A model generated the notes under the pieces. That model did not search any database, was not told the DNA's origin, and saw only the letters and a list, made by a program, of their open reading frames with translations. 64,000 bases of DNA. It comes from Eledone cirrhosa (Eukaryota). The stretch spans positions 44,206,001 through 44,270,000 of the forward strand of contig OZ024744.1 in assembly GCA_964016885.1 (NCBI GenBank). Reading direction: 5' to 3'. Positions 42,650 to 57,747 of the stretch are shown in pieces; position 1 is the first letter of the stretch, and each line of letters starts with the position of its first letter. The position numbers and the translations under genes are program-made.

Positions 42650-44310
42650 GTGTCGATTTAGTTACCAACCTCCAATTGAGTGTATAATCTATACCATCAT
42701 ATTTTAAAGAGTGAATATATTTAGCTAAGGAAGGTAGCATTTTAAGCCTATCATATCTAAAAGTATAATTGTAGGAGTTAAATCTACTTTTAAAGCTGTA
42801 GAGGTAGAACCCACATATGTCTTAGTTGAGGTTGTTGTTACAACATCACATGCATAAACAATATTCCTCATAAGGCAATTGCCTTTTAAAGGGCAATTTC
42901 CACTCCTTCTACAATTACAACTACGGTATGTGTCGTTATTCATACCTTGGGATGGCTTATTGTTCAAACCCATTTGACTTGTAATGTGTTCAACAGATGT
43001 GATGTCAGCGATCTGCGGTACCGCACTAGCCAATGTTTTAGGTTGCTGTTGGTTACTCAGTTTTAATATTTTCAAAACCTACACTAATTTTCTGATTATT
43101 AGTACGTGCCAGTTGGTAAGCTAGGTTTGGTCTAGTGGAGTACGATAATTTAATTGTTTTTATTGAATATACAATGGTATCTGCTACCCGGCAGGAAGTT
43201 CTTTTCTAGGATTAAGAAGAATGTTCTTGGTATATTAGTTAAGACCTCAGAGTTGTATGGTGGGTTAAAAAAGCTGTTTATTCTTCTTCTATTTTTTCTA
43301 TTTTTCCCCACTACAGTCCGGTTCACACCAGGGCTACTACTCTCCCCTACGCATACAGAACTAAGTCCACCATAATTTGGTCGTGAGATTCTCCCATTAC
43401 ATAGGTCAATATGTCTATCTAATACACTACTATGAGTGTGTTTTCCAAATCTTACAGCACTTCCATTAGTGTAACCATTAGAAGTATTTGGAGGATGCAT
43501 ATTAGGGCCATTAAGTCTAGGCTGAGCTGAGCTAATCACAACATTTGTCCTATCTAGAATTTTATTACTTTTATCATTATAATTATAATTTAAAGACATA
43601 TTATGCGTAATCACATTATTATGCCTAGCTACGGTGGATTGGGAGTTAGCAGGTACGTAAAATAGTTTATTTTTATATCCAGACTTAGCTAATGCAACAT
43701 TATAATAATCTACATTAGAGTTGAAAATATCTTCACTACATGATACACGGCTGATCCTATTAGATACTCTCTTAACAATAGCATTCAGTGCAGATTTAGA
43801 GTGGTTGGATTCAGCATGTACATAAGTTAGTCTCTCATTAGGTTTATGATATGGTGTGTAAATCCTATTTTCTAGATCAAGTGTTGCATCCAAGAAATTT
43901 ACTGTTTTATTATGCTATATCTATCGTAATATTAAGGTTATTAATTGTTTCTACTTTTGGCACAAGGCCATCAATTACCCAGTGCATTACTGGTACTTTA
44001 TTTTATCGACCCCGTAGGGATGAAAGGCAAAGTTAACCTCGGTGGGATTTGAACTCAGACCGCAAAGGGACGTAACTATGCTGGAAAGCATGGCGTCCGA
44101 CCCTCTACCGATACTGCCAAGCCACTAACCTTTAAAGAATTTGCGTAGGTCCTTTTTTGTCCTCTCAATACAGAATTGTTTATGCTCAAGGATAAGGAGG
44201 GCATCATCTCGGTATAAACCACCGCATAGGTATGGAAGTATCTATGGATGTCATGGATTAGGTAAAGTCCGACCAAATCAGTTACCTGAGCAGAATCCGC
44301 AGATCCCATT
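42650..44310 (-). mobile_element. Naiad-type Penelope-like element fragment (RT end, linker, GIY-YIG), interrupted by a SINE
   Basis: MGSADSAQVTDLVGLYL, GGLYRDD, YHKPN..SNH, FNPPY, CNC..CPLKGNCL..IVY..YVGST. Confidence 0.85.
43942..44128 (-). mobile_element. tRNA-derived SINE
   Basis: Reverse copy of 61871-62055. Confidence 0.8.
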
Positions 44311-45049
44311 GTGATATCAAAGTTGTTAGTGTTATATATATATATGGACGCGTGCGTGCGTGTAAATAGATGTGCATGTATGTATATATATAAATGTATA
44401 TGTATGTATGCGTGTATGTGTATGTATGCTTTTGTGCACGTGTTTTTGTCTGTATGTATATATATTTATATATATGTATGTGTGTATGAGCTTGTTCGCG
44501 TATATGCATGTTTTCTACTTTTTATTTATTTTTTCTAGTGTTACTTTATATATTACAACCCTTCCCACTTAATTTCTCTTTGCCTTAATTTTTTATTCTT
44601 ATCTTATATATTATTTCATTTATTCATCATATTTTATATTTGTATCGACCTTGTGTCTGACACTGCGTTGACTTTATACAATCCTTTCCCTGTATATACC
44701 ACATACATGTATGTGGTTGCGCGTGTGTGTATGTTTATACGCGTGCGTCCTTTCATCCTTGTATGTGTATATATTTCTGCCCTTAGTCCCTGTGTCTGTA
44801 TGTACGCTAACTCCATTATCTTACAATTCCTTTTTCAACATATATATATACGTATTTGTGGTCACACATACACTAATATGTTTGCCCTCATGTATGTACT
44901 TACGCACACATTTTTTTCACTATACACATGTAGTTGTACATACACACACATACACAGGCACATATGTATGTGCATATACACACATCCCCTTACTATATTT
45001 CTTTATTTTTATTTTTTTATACATTTCTTGTATTATTACTTTTTTTTTT

Positions 45050-45283
45050 TTGGCCCGTTAAAATTTTAGCCTTTCTTGAGGAGATTTTTCAAATATTTCA
45101 CTATGTTTTAAATTGCCTTGTCTGACGAACGAATGCGGAGTTTCTTATATTCGTCTTATTCGGGAAATCTCTGGTAATGAGGTAATTATATTGTTTATTA
45201 TACATTAAATATTTACCTCTGTAACTTACATAGAGCATTCATTATTCCTCTGACTTTTTCAATTTTCAACGGAAACTTCAATA

Positions 45284-45285
<2 letters not shown>
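45050..45285. repeat. Penelope-type terminal repeat (copies at 32518-32685 and 18748-18850) with a hammerhead-like core
   Basis: CTGACGA at 45122 ... GAAA-TCTC-loop-GAGG-TA; stem I weak. Confidence 0.55.
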
Positions 45286-45368
<83 letters not shown>

Positions 45369-45524
45369 TTTACGTATCGAGAGAGTGAAAAAAGGGGAGG
45401 ATAGGTGATACATATAGTTATTTGCCAAGTAGCGTATGTCAAAGGTGCTCGATACTAGTACCGGCAATATTAAATATTCGAAGTGTTAATATTTAGTGGG
45501 CTAGAGAGTTAGCAGAGCGTAAGC

Positions 45525-45828
45525 ACGTGGAAAAGTAAGAAATCGGAGAATAGACCGTTAAAACATGTTTATTTAAAACAGCACCTACGTACGTTTCGCC
45601 CAGTTGGGCTTCTCAAGAGCATAAATAACCAAAAGGGTTTCTTATATTGCTCGGAAAGAGTTTTGGGGGTTAAATTCACGTCAAGGTTCATTGCTCGCAA
45701 AAATAGCTTGTTTTGATTTTGCAACAGGAACACTTTTGGTTATTTATGCAATTGAGAAGCCCAACTGGGCGAAACGTACGTAGGTGCTGTTTTAACGGTC
45801 TAATTTCCGATTTCTTACTTTTCTACGT
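45525..45828. repeat. Fold-back inverted repeat (arms about 100-120 bp) carrying hammerhead-like motifs
   Basis: aaaacagcacctacgtacgtttcgcccagttgggcttctcaa is inverted exactly at 45752-45793. Confidence 0.85.
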
Positions 45829-45835
45829 ATATATA

Positions 45836-48402
45836 TAAGAGTGTGTTAAAGTTTGCTTGAAGCATTGTGGAATAATAAAATTGGTTGTTTGGAAGCCTCA
45901 ACAATGCAGTTGGGTAAATCTCCGGGTAACAGAATCTGGTGGTAATGAGAGAGAGATGTAAGAGGAAATGTAGAAAGAGACGTAAAGGGTGTAGAATGTA
46001 GGAAAGAGTGTAAAAAAATAACACGAGATAGAGAAGTTACCTTGGAAGTGATTTAATTGTCCCTATATTTTGGATTTCGCATCCATCAACTGGGGGCTTT
46101 CCGAGGGGGAAAGTTTTCTTTTTTTTTTGTCGGAGAGGGTCAACACGTGGCCCCTGTTGTTTACCGTGTGCATACGACTGAACTGCTTTGTAGGATGCGT
46201 GTGCGCGCGGAATAGCTGCAGTCAGACAAAGGTTGAGGCAATTCTTCTATACCAGAGTAGTGGGGCGGTGATGTGTCAATGCGTACGTATCTTCGCTGTC
46301 AATTTCTTATATTCGGTCTTTGATACTGGCAGGCATGGTGTTATTATAGGTAGTCTGCTTGCTTGTTGTCTGTCAGTCGGTGGGTGGTGGACTCGATATA
46401 TACACAATAACGATCTCTCGATTGCTACTGTGTGTGTGTTGTTGTTGTTTCATTTGTTACACCAGCCATCTCGCCTCACTTTTCTCGGATCGGTTATTTA
46501 TTTGTGGATAGCGTTGGTGGTTTTCTTGCCCAGGTGGTGGATTTTAAGGAAGCACTTGCCTTGGGTTTCTCTGCCTCTTGTGTCTGGTGTCCCTTATTCT
46601 GCTTGTAAATGATGCTGGGTATCCATCCGTCCCCCAGCACCATGTGGAACCGCTTGGTATGGGCGACACCACTCACGGGATCGCTGAATCTATTTTTTAT
46701 CCGCATGATCCCGTTCGTGATGTACCCTCTTTTAGCACTGTTATTGAGGGCAGATTTGTAGTAGATGAACAAGTCCCTACAGGCTGCCTTGCGGTAGAAG
46801 TTGGTGTTGATACCTCCATGCTCTGTGATGTTGATTCGGAAGTCGAGGAGAGCAAGGGACCCGTCGTCATTGGGGTGTTCAACACTGAAGTCAATATTCT
46901 CGTCCGTGTTGCTGAACGTCTCGTAAATACCTTTTGCCATCTCCTGGGAAGATGTGAGGATGAGGATATCATCCACGTATCTTGAGAAGAAGGCGACGGC
47001 GTTGGGGTGGCAGGTGCTGAGTGTCTTGCGTTCGAAGCTGTCCATGTACAAGATCACTAGCACACCTGACAGACTTGAGCCCTTGGGCAGCCCTAAGGTC
47101 TGTTGGTATGTTTGGTCGAGAAAATTGAAATATATGTTGTCAATAACAACGGATAGGAGCTGGTGGATGTCAGTGGGGGTAAGCCCGAAGCAGTGTACGT
47201 TGGTGGACTGGACACATTCTGTCAGTATGCCGACGGCCGGGACCGAGGTGTAGAGGGCGACCACATCAAGGCTGAAGGCGTACCTGTTAGCCTTTCGGGT
47301 GTCGGTATCCATTTGGTGTAGACGCTCCAACACTTCCTCGGAACTGTTGACGTGACCCGGCAAGGTGTTCAGTAGGGGTTTAAATATTTTGGCTAGAAGC
47401 CATGAAATTTTGTAGAGCGGTCCTTCCACGAGCGATACAATAGGCCTGATTTTCAGGTCGGGTCCCTGTTTGTGGGTTTTCACGAGGTGATAGAAGGCGT
47501 GTAGTCTGCTGTTCCTTGTGAGGAGGTTGTTTTTAAGCTACTTCGGGAGGTTCTGCCAGTCGCACATGTTGGTCCAGGCGGTGCTGATGTGCTCCTCGAT
47601 CTGCGCGGGAGTGATCCTGTGACTTTAGAGTAGAGACTGTCATCGTCAAGGTGTTGGAGGGCTAGGGTGTTTTAGGCCTCTCTGCTGATGACGCTGAATT
47701 CTTTTACCTTGTCAGGGGGGAGGTAGATGTGGTCCTCAATTTCACGTTGGAGAGAGTGGTGAGTTGAGATTTGGTGAGGATGTGTGTTGTGCATGTGTGT
47801 GTTTATGTAGGATTTCAGAGATGGAGTGTTTCAACCTGATGAGTTTCGTGTCGAGTTCGTGCTTGGTGGGTGGGGGTGGAATGGGTTGTCGAGGTATTAA
47901 GTGGGGAACTTGGAGCGGGTTGTGTGGGTGCTGTCATTTTCCGTGGTGCTGTTGATGGCGGTCACCCATTTAAGCTGGTAGGCGATTTGGCAGAAGTTTG
48001 CTTCGATGTCGATTTTATGTCTTTCATCAAGCCGCTAGGTGACGATGAACTTGGGACCGAGGCGTAGGAGTTCCAGCTCGTCCTTCCCTTACGGATGCAA
48101 ACAATTCCTGGCTCAGGTGTAGGGATAAGAGAGATTTGAAGTTTACTTGAAGGATTGTAGAATAATAAAATTGGTCGTTTTGGAAGCCTCAACAATGCAG
48201 ATGGGTAAATCTCCGGGTAACTGAACTACTCTGTAGGGCGCGCGTGCGTGCAGAATAGCTACAGTCAGACAAAGGTCGAGGCAGTTCTTCTATACCAGAG
48301 TAGTGGAGATGGTGGTGTGTCAACGCGTGCGCATCTTCGCTGTCAATTTCTTATATTCAGTCTTTGATACTGGCAGACATGGTGTTATTATAGGTAGTCT
48401 GC
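45836..48402 (-). mobile_element. Penelope-like retroelement: RT between direct pseudo-LTR repeats
   Basis: ORF 46494-47483: KTHK..RPIVS, SLDVVALYTSVP, GLPKGSSLS, RYVDD, LLD, YRK; direct repeats 45836-46359 and 48126-48402 (the latter with an about 250-bp deletion). Confidence 0.85.
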
Positions 48403-48829
48403 CAAAACGTGGTGCCAAGCGGTATCGGCTGGTGACGCGGTCCTGACTTTATCTATCTCTATATCCACTCTGAATGTATCAAAGTATTCAGTACTCCCAA
48501 GGTTGGAGGGCTCAGCGGTATCAGCATCGCACACACCTTCGATGTATATATATGTAAATATGTCTTTACAAAGACACACAGTTATATAAACACACATGTA
48601 CACACACACACTCACAGACAGGGACTCACACACAAACATACACAAAAGATAACATAGAGATTCCGACCAAAACATTCCAGACCTTTGAGTACCAAGTCCC
48701 AAATAGGAAAAAGCAATCTTGACATGAGGAGGTGTATGTTATAGATATTTACAGAAACAAATGTTCCACAATATACAATGTAAACAAAACACAGGCTAGA
48801 TCAAGGTCAGATACACAACAACCTACTAC

Positions 48830-51800
48830 AATATATCACATCACACTACAATATATCACATGACACTACCATATATCACACTACACTACACTATATCACA
48901 CCATGCTACAATATACCACACCACATTACGATATATCACACCACACTACAATATATCACATCACACTACACTATACCACACCACACTACATTATACCACA
49001 CTACACTACACGATATCACATCACACTACACTATATCACATCACACTCCAATATATCACACCACACTACACTATATCACACCACAATACAATATATCACA
49101 TCACACTACACTATAAAACTCCACACTACAATATACCACACCACACTACACTATATCACATCACACTACAGTATATCACACCACACTACACTATATCACA
49201 CCACACTATACTATACCACACCACACTATACTATATCACATCACACTACAATATACCACACCACACTACACTATATCCCACTACACTATATCACACCACA
49301 CTACACTATATCACATCACACTACAATATACCACATCACACTACACTATATCACATCACACTACAATATACCACATCACACTACAATATATGACATCACA
49401 CTACAATATACCACATCACACTACAGTATACCACGCCACACTATAATGTACCACACCACACTACTATAAATCAATCACACTACAATATACCACACCACAC
49501 TACAATATATCACACCACACTATAATATACCACACCACACTACAATATATCACTCCACACTACACTATATCCAACCGCACTACAATATATCACACCACAC
49601 TACAATATATCACATCACACTACACTATATCACACTACAATATATCACACTGCACTACAATATACCACTCGACACTGCAATATATCACACCATACTATAA
49701 TATACCACTCCACACTACAATATACCACACCACACAACACTATATCACACTACACTATACCACTCCACACAACAATATACCACACCACACTACACTATAC
49801 CACTCCGCACTACTATATGTCACACCACACTACAATATACCACACCACACTACTCTACATCACACCACACTACAATATACCACATCCCACTACAATATAC
49901 CACACCGCACTACACTATACCACTCCACACTACAATATACCCCACCACACTACAATATATCACATTACACTAGAATATATAGCACTACTCTACACTATAC
50001 CACTCCAGAGTACAATATATCACATCACACTACAAAATATCACTCAACACTACAATATACCACACCACACTACACTATACCACACCATTATACAATATAT
50101 CGCAACACACTATAGTATATCACACGACACTACAATATATCACAGCACACTACTATATATCACACTACACAACACTATACTACTCCACATTACAATATAC
50201 CACTCCACACTTCAATATACCACTCCACCCTACAATATTCCACACCACACTACACTATACCACACCACACTACACTATACCACTCCACACTATAATATAT
50301 CACACCACACTACACTATACCACTCCACACTATATATCAAACCACAGTACACTATACCACTCCACACTACAATATATCATACCACACTACAATATACCAC
50401 TCCACACGACAATATACCACCCACACTACACTATATCACACCACACTTCAATATATGACACTACTCTACAATATATCACATTACACTACACTATACCACC
50501 ACACTACAATATATAACACCACACTACAATATACCACACCACACTACACTATACCAATCCACACTACAATATACCACACCACACTACAAAATATCACACT
50601 ACTCTATATAACACCACACTACACTATATCACACCACACTACAATATACCAGAGCACACTACTATATATATCACATCACATTACACTATATCCCACCACA
50701 CTACAGTATACTACAACACACTACACTATACCACTCCACACTACACTATACTACTCCACACTACACTATACCAGACCACATTACAATATACCACAGGACA
50801 CTATAATATACCACACCGCACTACAATATATCACTCCACACTGCAATATACCACACTATATTACACGTCACACTACAATATACCACAGCACACTACTATA
50901 TATCACATCACATTACACTATATCCCAGCACACTACAGTATACTACAACACACTACACTATACCACTCCACACTACAATATACTACTCCACACTACACTA
51001 TACCACACCACATTACAATATACCACAGCACACTATAATATACCACACAGCACTACAATATATCACTCCACACTACAATACACTACTCCACACTACACTA
51101 TAACACACCACATTACAATATATCATACCACACTAAAATATATCACACTACTATCCATCACACCACACTACAATATAACACACCACACTACAATATACCA
51201 CACCCTACTACAATACACCACACCGCACTACACTATACCACTCCACAATACAATATACCACACCACACTACAATATATCAGACTACACTAAAATATATCG
51301 CACTACTCTACATTATACCACTCCACAGTACAATATATCACATCACACTATAAAATATCACACTACACTACAATATAACACACCACACTACACTATACCA
51401 CACAATTATACAATATATCGGAGCACACTATAGTATATCACACCACATAATAATATATCACACTAAACTACAATATATCGCACTAGACTATACTACTCCA
51501 CACTACACTATACCACTCCAAACTTCAATATACCACTCCATCCTACAATATACCACACCACACTACACTATACCACACCACACTACACTATACCACTCCA
51601 CACTATAATATATCACACCACACTACACTATACGACTCCACACTATATCTCAAACCACAGTACACTATACCACTTCACACTACAATATATCACACCACAC
51701 TACAATATACCACTCCACACAACAATATACCACTCCACACTACACTATATCACACCACTCTACAATATATCACACTACACTACACAATACCACCACACTA

Positions 51801-54800
51801 CAATATATAACTCCATACTAAACTATACCACACCACACTACACTATACCACACTACACTACACTATACCACTCCACACTACAATATACCACTCCACACTA
51901 CATTATACCTCTCCACCCTGCAATATATCACACCACACTACAATATATCAAACTACAATATACCACACCACACTACAGTATACTACAACACACTACACTA
52001 TACCACTCCACACTACACTATACTACTCCACACTACACTATACCAAACCACATTACAATATACCACAGCACACTATAATATACCACACATCACTACAATA
52101 TATCACTCTACACTACAATATACTACTCCACACTACACTATACCACACCACATTACAATATATCACACCACACTACAATATACCACACTACTATCCATCA
52201 CACCACACTACAATATAACACACCACACTACAATATACCACACCCTACTACAATATACCACACCGCACTACACTATACCACTACACACTACAATATACCA
52301 ACCCATACCACACTACAATATATCAGACTACACTAAAATATATCGCACTACTCTACAATATACCACTCCACAATACAATATATCACACCACACTACAATA
52401 TACCACTCTACACTACAATATACCACTCCACACTACACTATATCACACCACACTACAATATATCACAACACACTACAATATATCACACTACACTACATTA
52501 TACCACCACACTACAATATATAACACCACACTACAATATACAACTCCATAAAAAACTATACCACACCACACTACACTATACTAAACAACACTACACTATA
52601 CCACTCCACACTACAATATATCACTCCACAGTACATTATACCTCTCCACACTACTCTATAACACACCACACTACACTATATCACACCACACTACAATATA
52701 CCACAGCACACTACTATATATATCACATCACATTACACTATATCCCACCACACTACAGTATACTACAACACACTACACTATACCACTCCACACTACACTA
52801 TACTACTCCACACTACACTATACCAAACCACATTACAATATACCACAGCACACTACAATATACCACACCGCACTACAATATATCACTCCACACTGCAATA
52901 TACCACACTATATTACACCACACTACAATATGCCACAGCACACTACTATATATCACATCACATTACACTATATCCCAGCACACTAGAGTATACTACAACA
53001 CACTACACTATACCACTCCACACTACAATATACTACTCCACACTACACTATACCACACCACACTACAATATACCACACCCTACTACAATATACCTCACCG
53101 CACTACACTATACCACTCCACACTACAATATACCATACCACACCACACCACACTACAATATATCAGACTACACTAAAATATATCCCACTACTCTACATTA
53201 TACCACTCCACAGTACAATATATCACATCACACTACAAAATATCACACTACACTACAATATAACACACCACACTACACTATAACACACCACTATACATAT
53301 ATCGCACCACACTATAGTATATCACACCACACTACAATATATCACAGCACACTACTATATATCACACTACACTACACTTCTCAACGCTACACTATACCAC
53401 TCCACACTACAATATGCCACTCCACCCTACAATATACCCCACCACACTACACTATAGCACACCACACTACACTATACTGCTCCACACTACTATATATCAC
53501 ACCACACTACACTATACCACTCCACAATACTATATATCACACCACAGTACACTATACCACTCCACACTACAATATGCCACTCCACACTACACTATATCAC
53601 ACCACACTACAATATACCACACCACGCTACAATATATAACACCACACTACAGTATACCACACCACATTACGATATACCACACAACACTACACTATACCAC
53701 ACCACACTACACTATACCATTCCACACTACAATATACCACTCTACACTACAATATACCACTCCATACTGCAATATACCACACCACACTACAAAATGTCAC
53801 ACTAGTCTATACCACAGCACACAACACTATATCACACCACACTACAATATACCACAGGACACTAATATATATCACATTACACTATATCTCACCACACTAC
53901 AGTATACCACAAGCCTCTACACTATACCACTCCACACTACAATATACTATTCCACACTACAATTTATCGCACTACATTATAATATACCACACTACGCTAC
54001 AATATATCATACCACTCTACAATATAGCACACCAAACTATACCACTCTGCAGTACAATATACCACACCACACTACTATATAACACACCACACTACACTAT
54101 ACCACACCACTCTACAATATACCACAGCACATTATAATATACCACACCGCACTACAATATATCACTCCACACTGTAATATCCCACACTATATCACACCAC
54201 ACTACAATATACCAGACGACACTACAATATACCACTCCACACTACAATATATCACACTACACTACAATATACCACACCACACTACAATATATCAAACTAC
54301 ACTACAATATATCATGCTACACTACAATATAACACAGCACACTACAATATACCACACTACACCACACTATAATATACCGCACCACGCTATAATATACCAC
54401 TCCACACTACAATATACCACACTACACTACAATATACCACACCACACTACACTATATCACACCACACTACAATATATCAAACTACACTACAATATATCAC
54501 ACTGCACGACAATATACCACACCACACTACAATATACCACACCACACTACAATATATGACACTACACTACAATATACCTCACCACAATACAATATATCAA
54601 ACTACACTAAAATATACCACTCCACACTACAATATATCACACTACACGACAATATACTACAGCACACTACAATATACCACACCACAGTCAAATATACCAC
54701 TCCATATTACAATATATCAAACTACACTGCAATATACCACACCATAGCACACTACAATATACCACACCATACTACAATATACCACTCCACACTACAATAT

Positions 54801-57252
54801 ATCACATCACACTACACTATATACTACATCACACTACACTATACCACACCACACCACACCACACTACACTACAATATATCACACCACACTACAATATACT
54901 ATTCCACACTACAATTTATTGCACTACATTATAATATACCACACTACGCTACGACATATCATACCACTCTACAATATAGCACACCACACTACACTATACC
55001 ACTCTACAGTACAATATACCACACCACACTACTATATAACACACCACACTACACTATACCACACCACTCTACAATATACCACAGCACATTATAATATACC
55101 ACACCGCTCTACAATATATCACTCCACACTGTAATATCCCACACTATATCACACCACACTACAATATACCAGACGACACTACAATATACCACTCCACACT
55201 ACAATATGCATCAAACTACAATATATCACACTACACTACAATATACCACACCACACTACAATATATCAAACTACACTACAATATATCATGCTACACTACA
55301 ATATACCACAGCACACTACAATATACCACACCACACCACACTACAATATACCGCACCACACTACAATATACCACTCCACACTACAATATACCACACTGCA
55401 CTACAATATACCACACCACACTACACTATATCACACCACACTACAATATATCAAACTACACTACAATATACCACACCACACTACATTATACCACACCACA
55501 GTCAAATATACCACTCCATATTACAATATATCAAACTACACTGCAATATACCACACCATAGCACACTACAATATACCACACCATACTACAATATACCACT
55601 CCACACTACAATATATCACATTACACTACACTATATACTACATCACACTACACTATACCACACCACACCACACTACACTACAATATACCATACCACACTA
55701 CAATATACCACACCACCCTACAATATATCACACCACACTACAATATACTATTCCACACTACAATTTATCGCACTACATTATAATATACCACACTACGCTA
55801 CAATATATCATACCACTCTACAATATAGCACACCACACTACACTACACCACTCTACAGTACAATATACCACACCACACTACTATATAACACACCACACTA
55901 CACTATACCACACCACTCTACAATATACCACAGCACATTATAATATACCACACCGCACTACAATATATCACTCCACACAATATATCACTACAATATATCA
56001 CTACAATATACCAGACGACACTACAATATACCACTCCACACTACAATATGCATCACACTACAATATATCACACTACACTACAATATACTACACCACACTA
56101 CAATATATCAAACTACACTACAATATATCATGCTACACTATAATATACCACAGCACACTACAATATACCCCACCGCACCACACTACAATATACCGCACCA
56201 CGCTACAATATACCACTCCACACTACAATATACCACACTACACTACAATATACCACACCACACTACACTATATCACACCACACTACAATATATCAAACTA
56301 CACCACAATATATCACACTGCATTACAATATACCACACCACACTACAATATACCACACCACAATATATGACACTACACTACAATATACCTCACCACAATA
56401 CAATATATCAAACTACACTAAAATATACCACTCCACACTACAATATATCACACTACACGACAATATACTACACCACACTACAATATACCACACCACACTA
56501 CATTATACCACACCACAGTCAAATATACCACTCCATATTACAATATATCAAACTACACTACAATATACCACACCATAGCACACTACAATATACCACACCA
56601 TACTACAATATACCACTCCACACTACAATATATCACATTACACTACACTATATACTACATCACACTACACTATACCACACCACACCACACTACACTACAA
56701 TATACCACACCACACTACAATATACCACACCACCCTACAATATATCACACCACACTACAATATACCACACCACAATACAATAAACCAGGCCACACCTCTC
56801 TACTATATACCCCGCCACACGACAGTATACCACAATGAATAACGATATACCATGCAACGCTATAATATACCCCACCACACAACAGTATGCTACACCAGAC
56901 TACCATATACCACGCCATACTACAATATACCACACCACACTGCAGTATAGCACACCACACTACAATATACCACACCTCACTACACAATACCACACCATAC
57001 TACAATATACCACACCACACTACAAAATACCACACCATACTACACAATATCACACCACAGTACAATATGCCGCATCCAACTTCAGTATAACACGGCAAAC
57101 AGCAGTATACCACACTACACTACAGTATACCACAACACATGACAATATACCACACTACAATATACCACACCTCACTATAATATACCATACCACAATATAA
57201 TACACCACAGCACGCTGCAATATACAACACCACACTACAATATACCACACCA
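48830..57252. repeat. 8.4-kb satellite, about 20-bp unit (ACACTACAATATACCACACC) built of 5-mers, with higher-order blocks
   Basis: Continuous tandem periodicity, almost no G on the + strand; diagnostic variants recur at about 0.85-1.05 kb spacing. Confidence 0.95.
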
Positions 57253-57747
57253 TCTATATATATAAAAATGAAAATATCTGTCTGTCTGTGTGTATGTGTC
57301 TGTTCCGCAGCAATCTTTGATCCGCACGGCCGATTTTCAAAATTATTTTTGTAATCAACCACAAATTTATCAGGGCAGGTCGGCACGCCATTGCGAATGA
57401 TCGGCTCCTCCTTTGTCTTGGTAAAAAACGATAAAACTGACTATAGGTACGACTTTGCACAGAAAAAATCTCTATATCTATAAAAATGAAAAAGAAAGAG
57501 TGAGAGTGAAAGAAACAGACACACTACAAGAGGGGGATGGCGGGAGAGAGCGCGACAGATGCTGTGTTTGATACATGACAGTGGAAGAGGGGAACGAAAG
57601 CTATAACTAATTAACATGTGTGCACGATGTGTGAGTTCGTGCACCGTTCTAGTAAGAGTTAAATCTATTAACATGTGTGTGTACGTGCACACGTGCGTGA
57701 GTTTGCGTGCGTCTGAGCGTTTGCGTGCGTGAGTGTGTGTGTGATCG

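Noticed and set aside
42650-44310. Selenoprotein/SECIS features reported for some Naiad elements
   Set aside because: No in-frame TGA at Cys positions seen in these fragments and no SECIS recognisable by eye.
45927-46179. Segment missing from the second pseudo-LTR as a spliced intron
   Set aside because: Boundaries do not give GT..AG on either strand; the junction shows short microhomology.
48860-57200. His/Thr/Tyr-rich ORFs of 200-360 aa
   Set aside because: Open in several frames because the satellite is G-poor; no splice signals or frame preference.
48830-57252. CRISPR-like array
   Set aside because: Pure tandem repeats with no unique spacers or cas genes; eukaryotic context.
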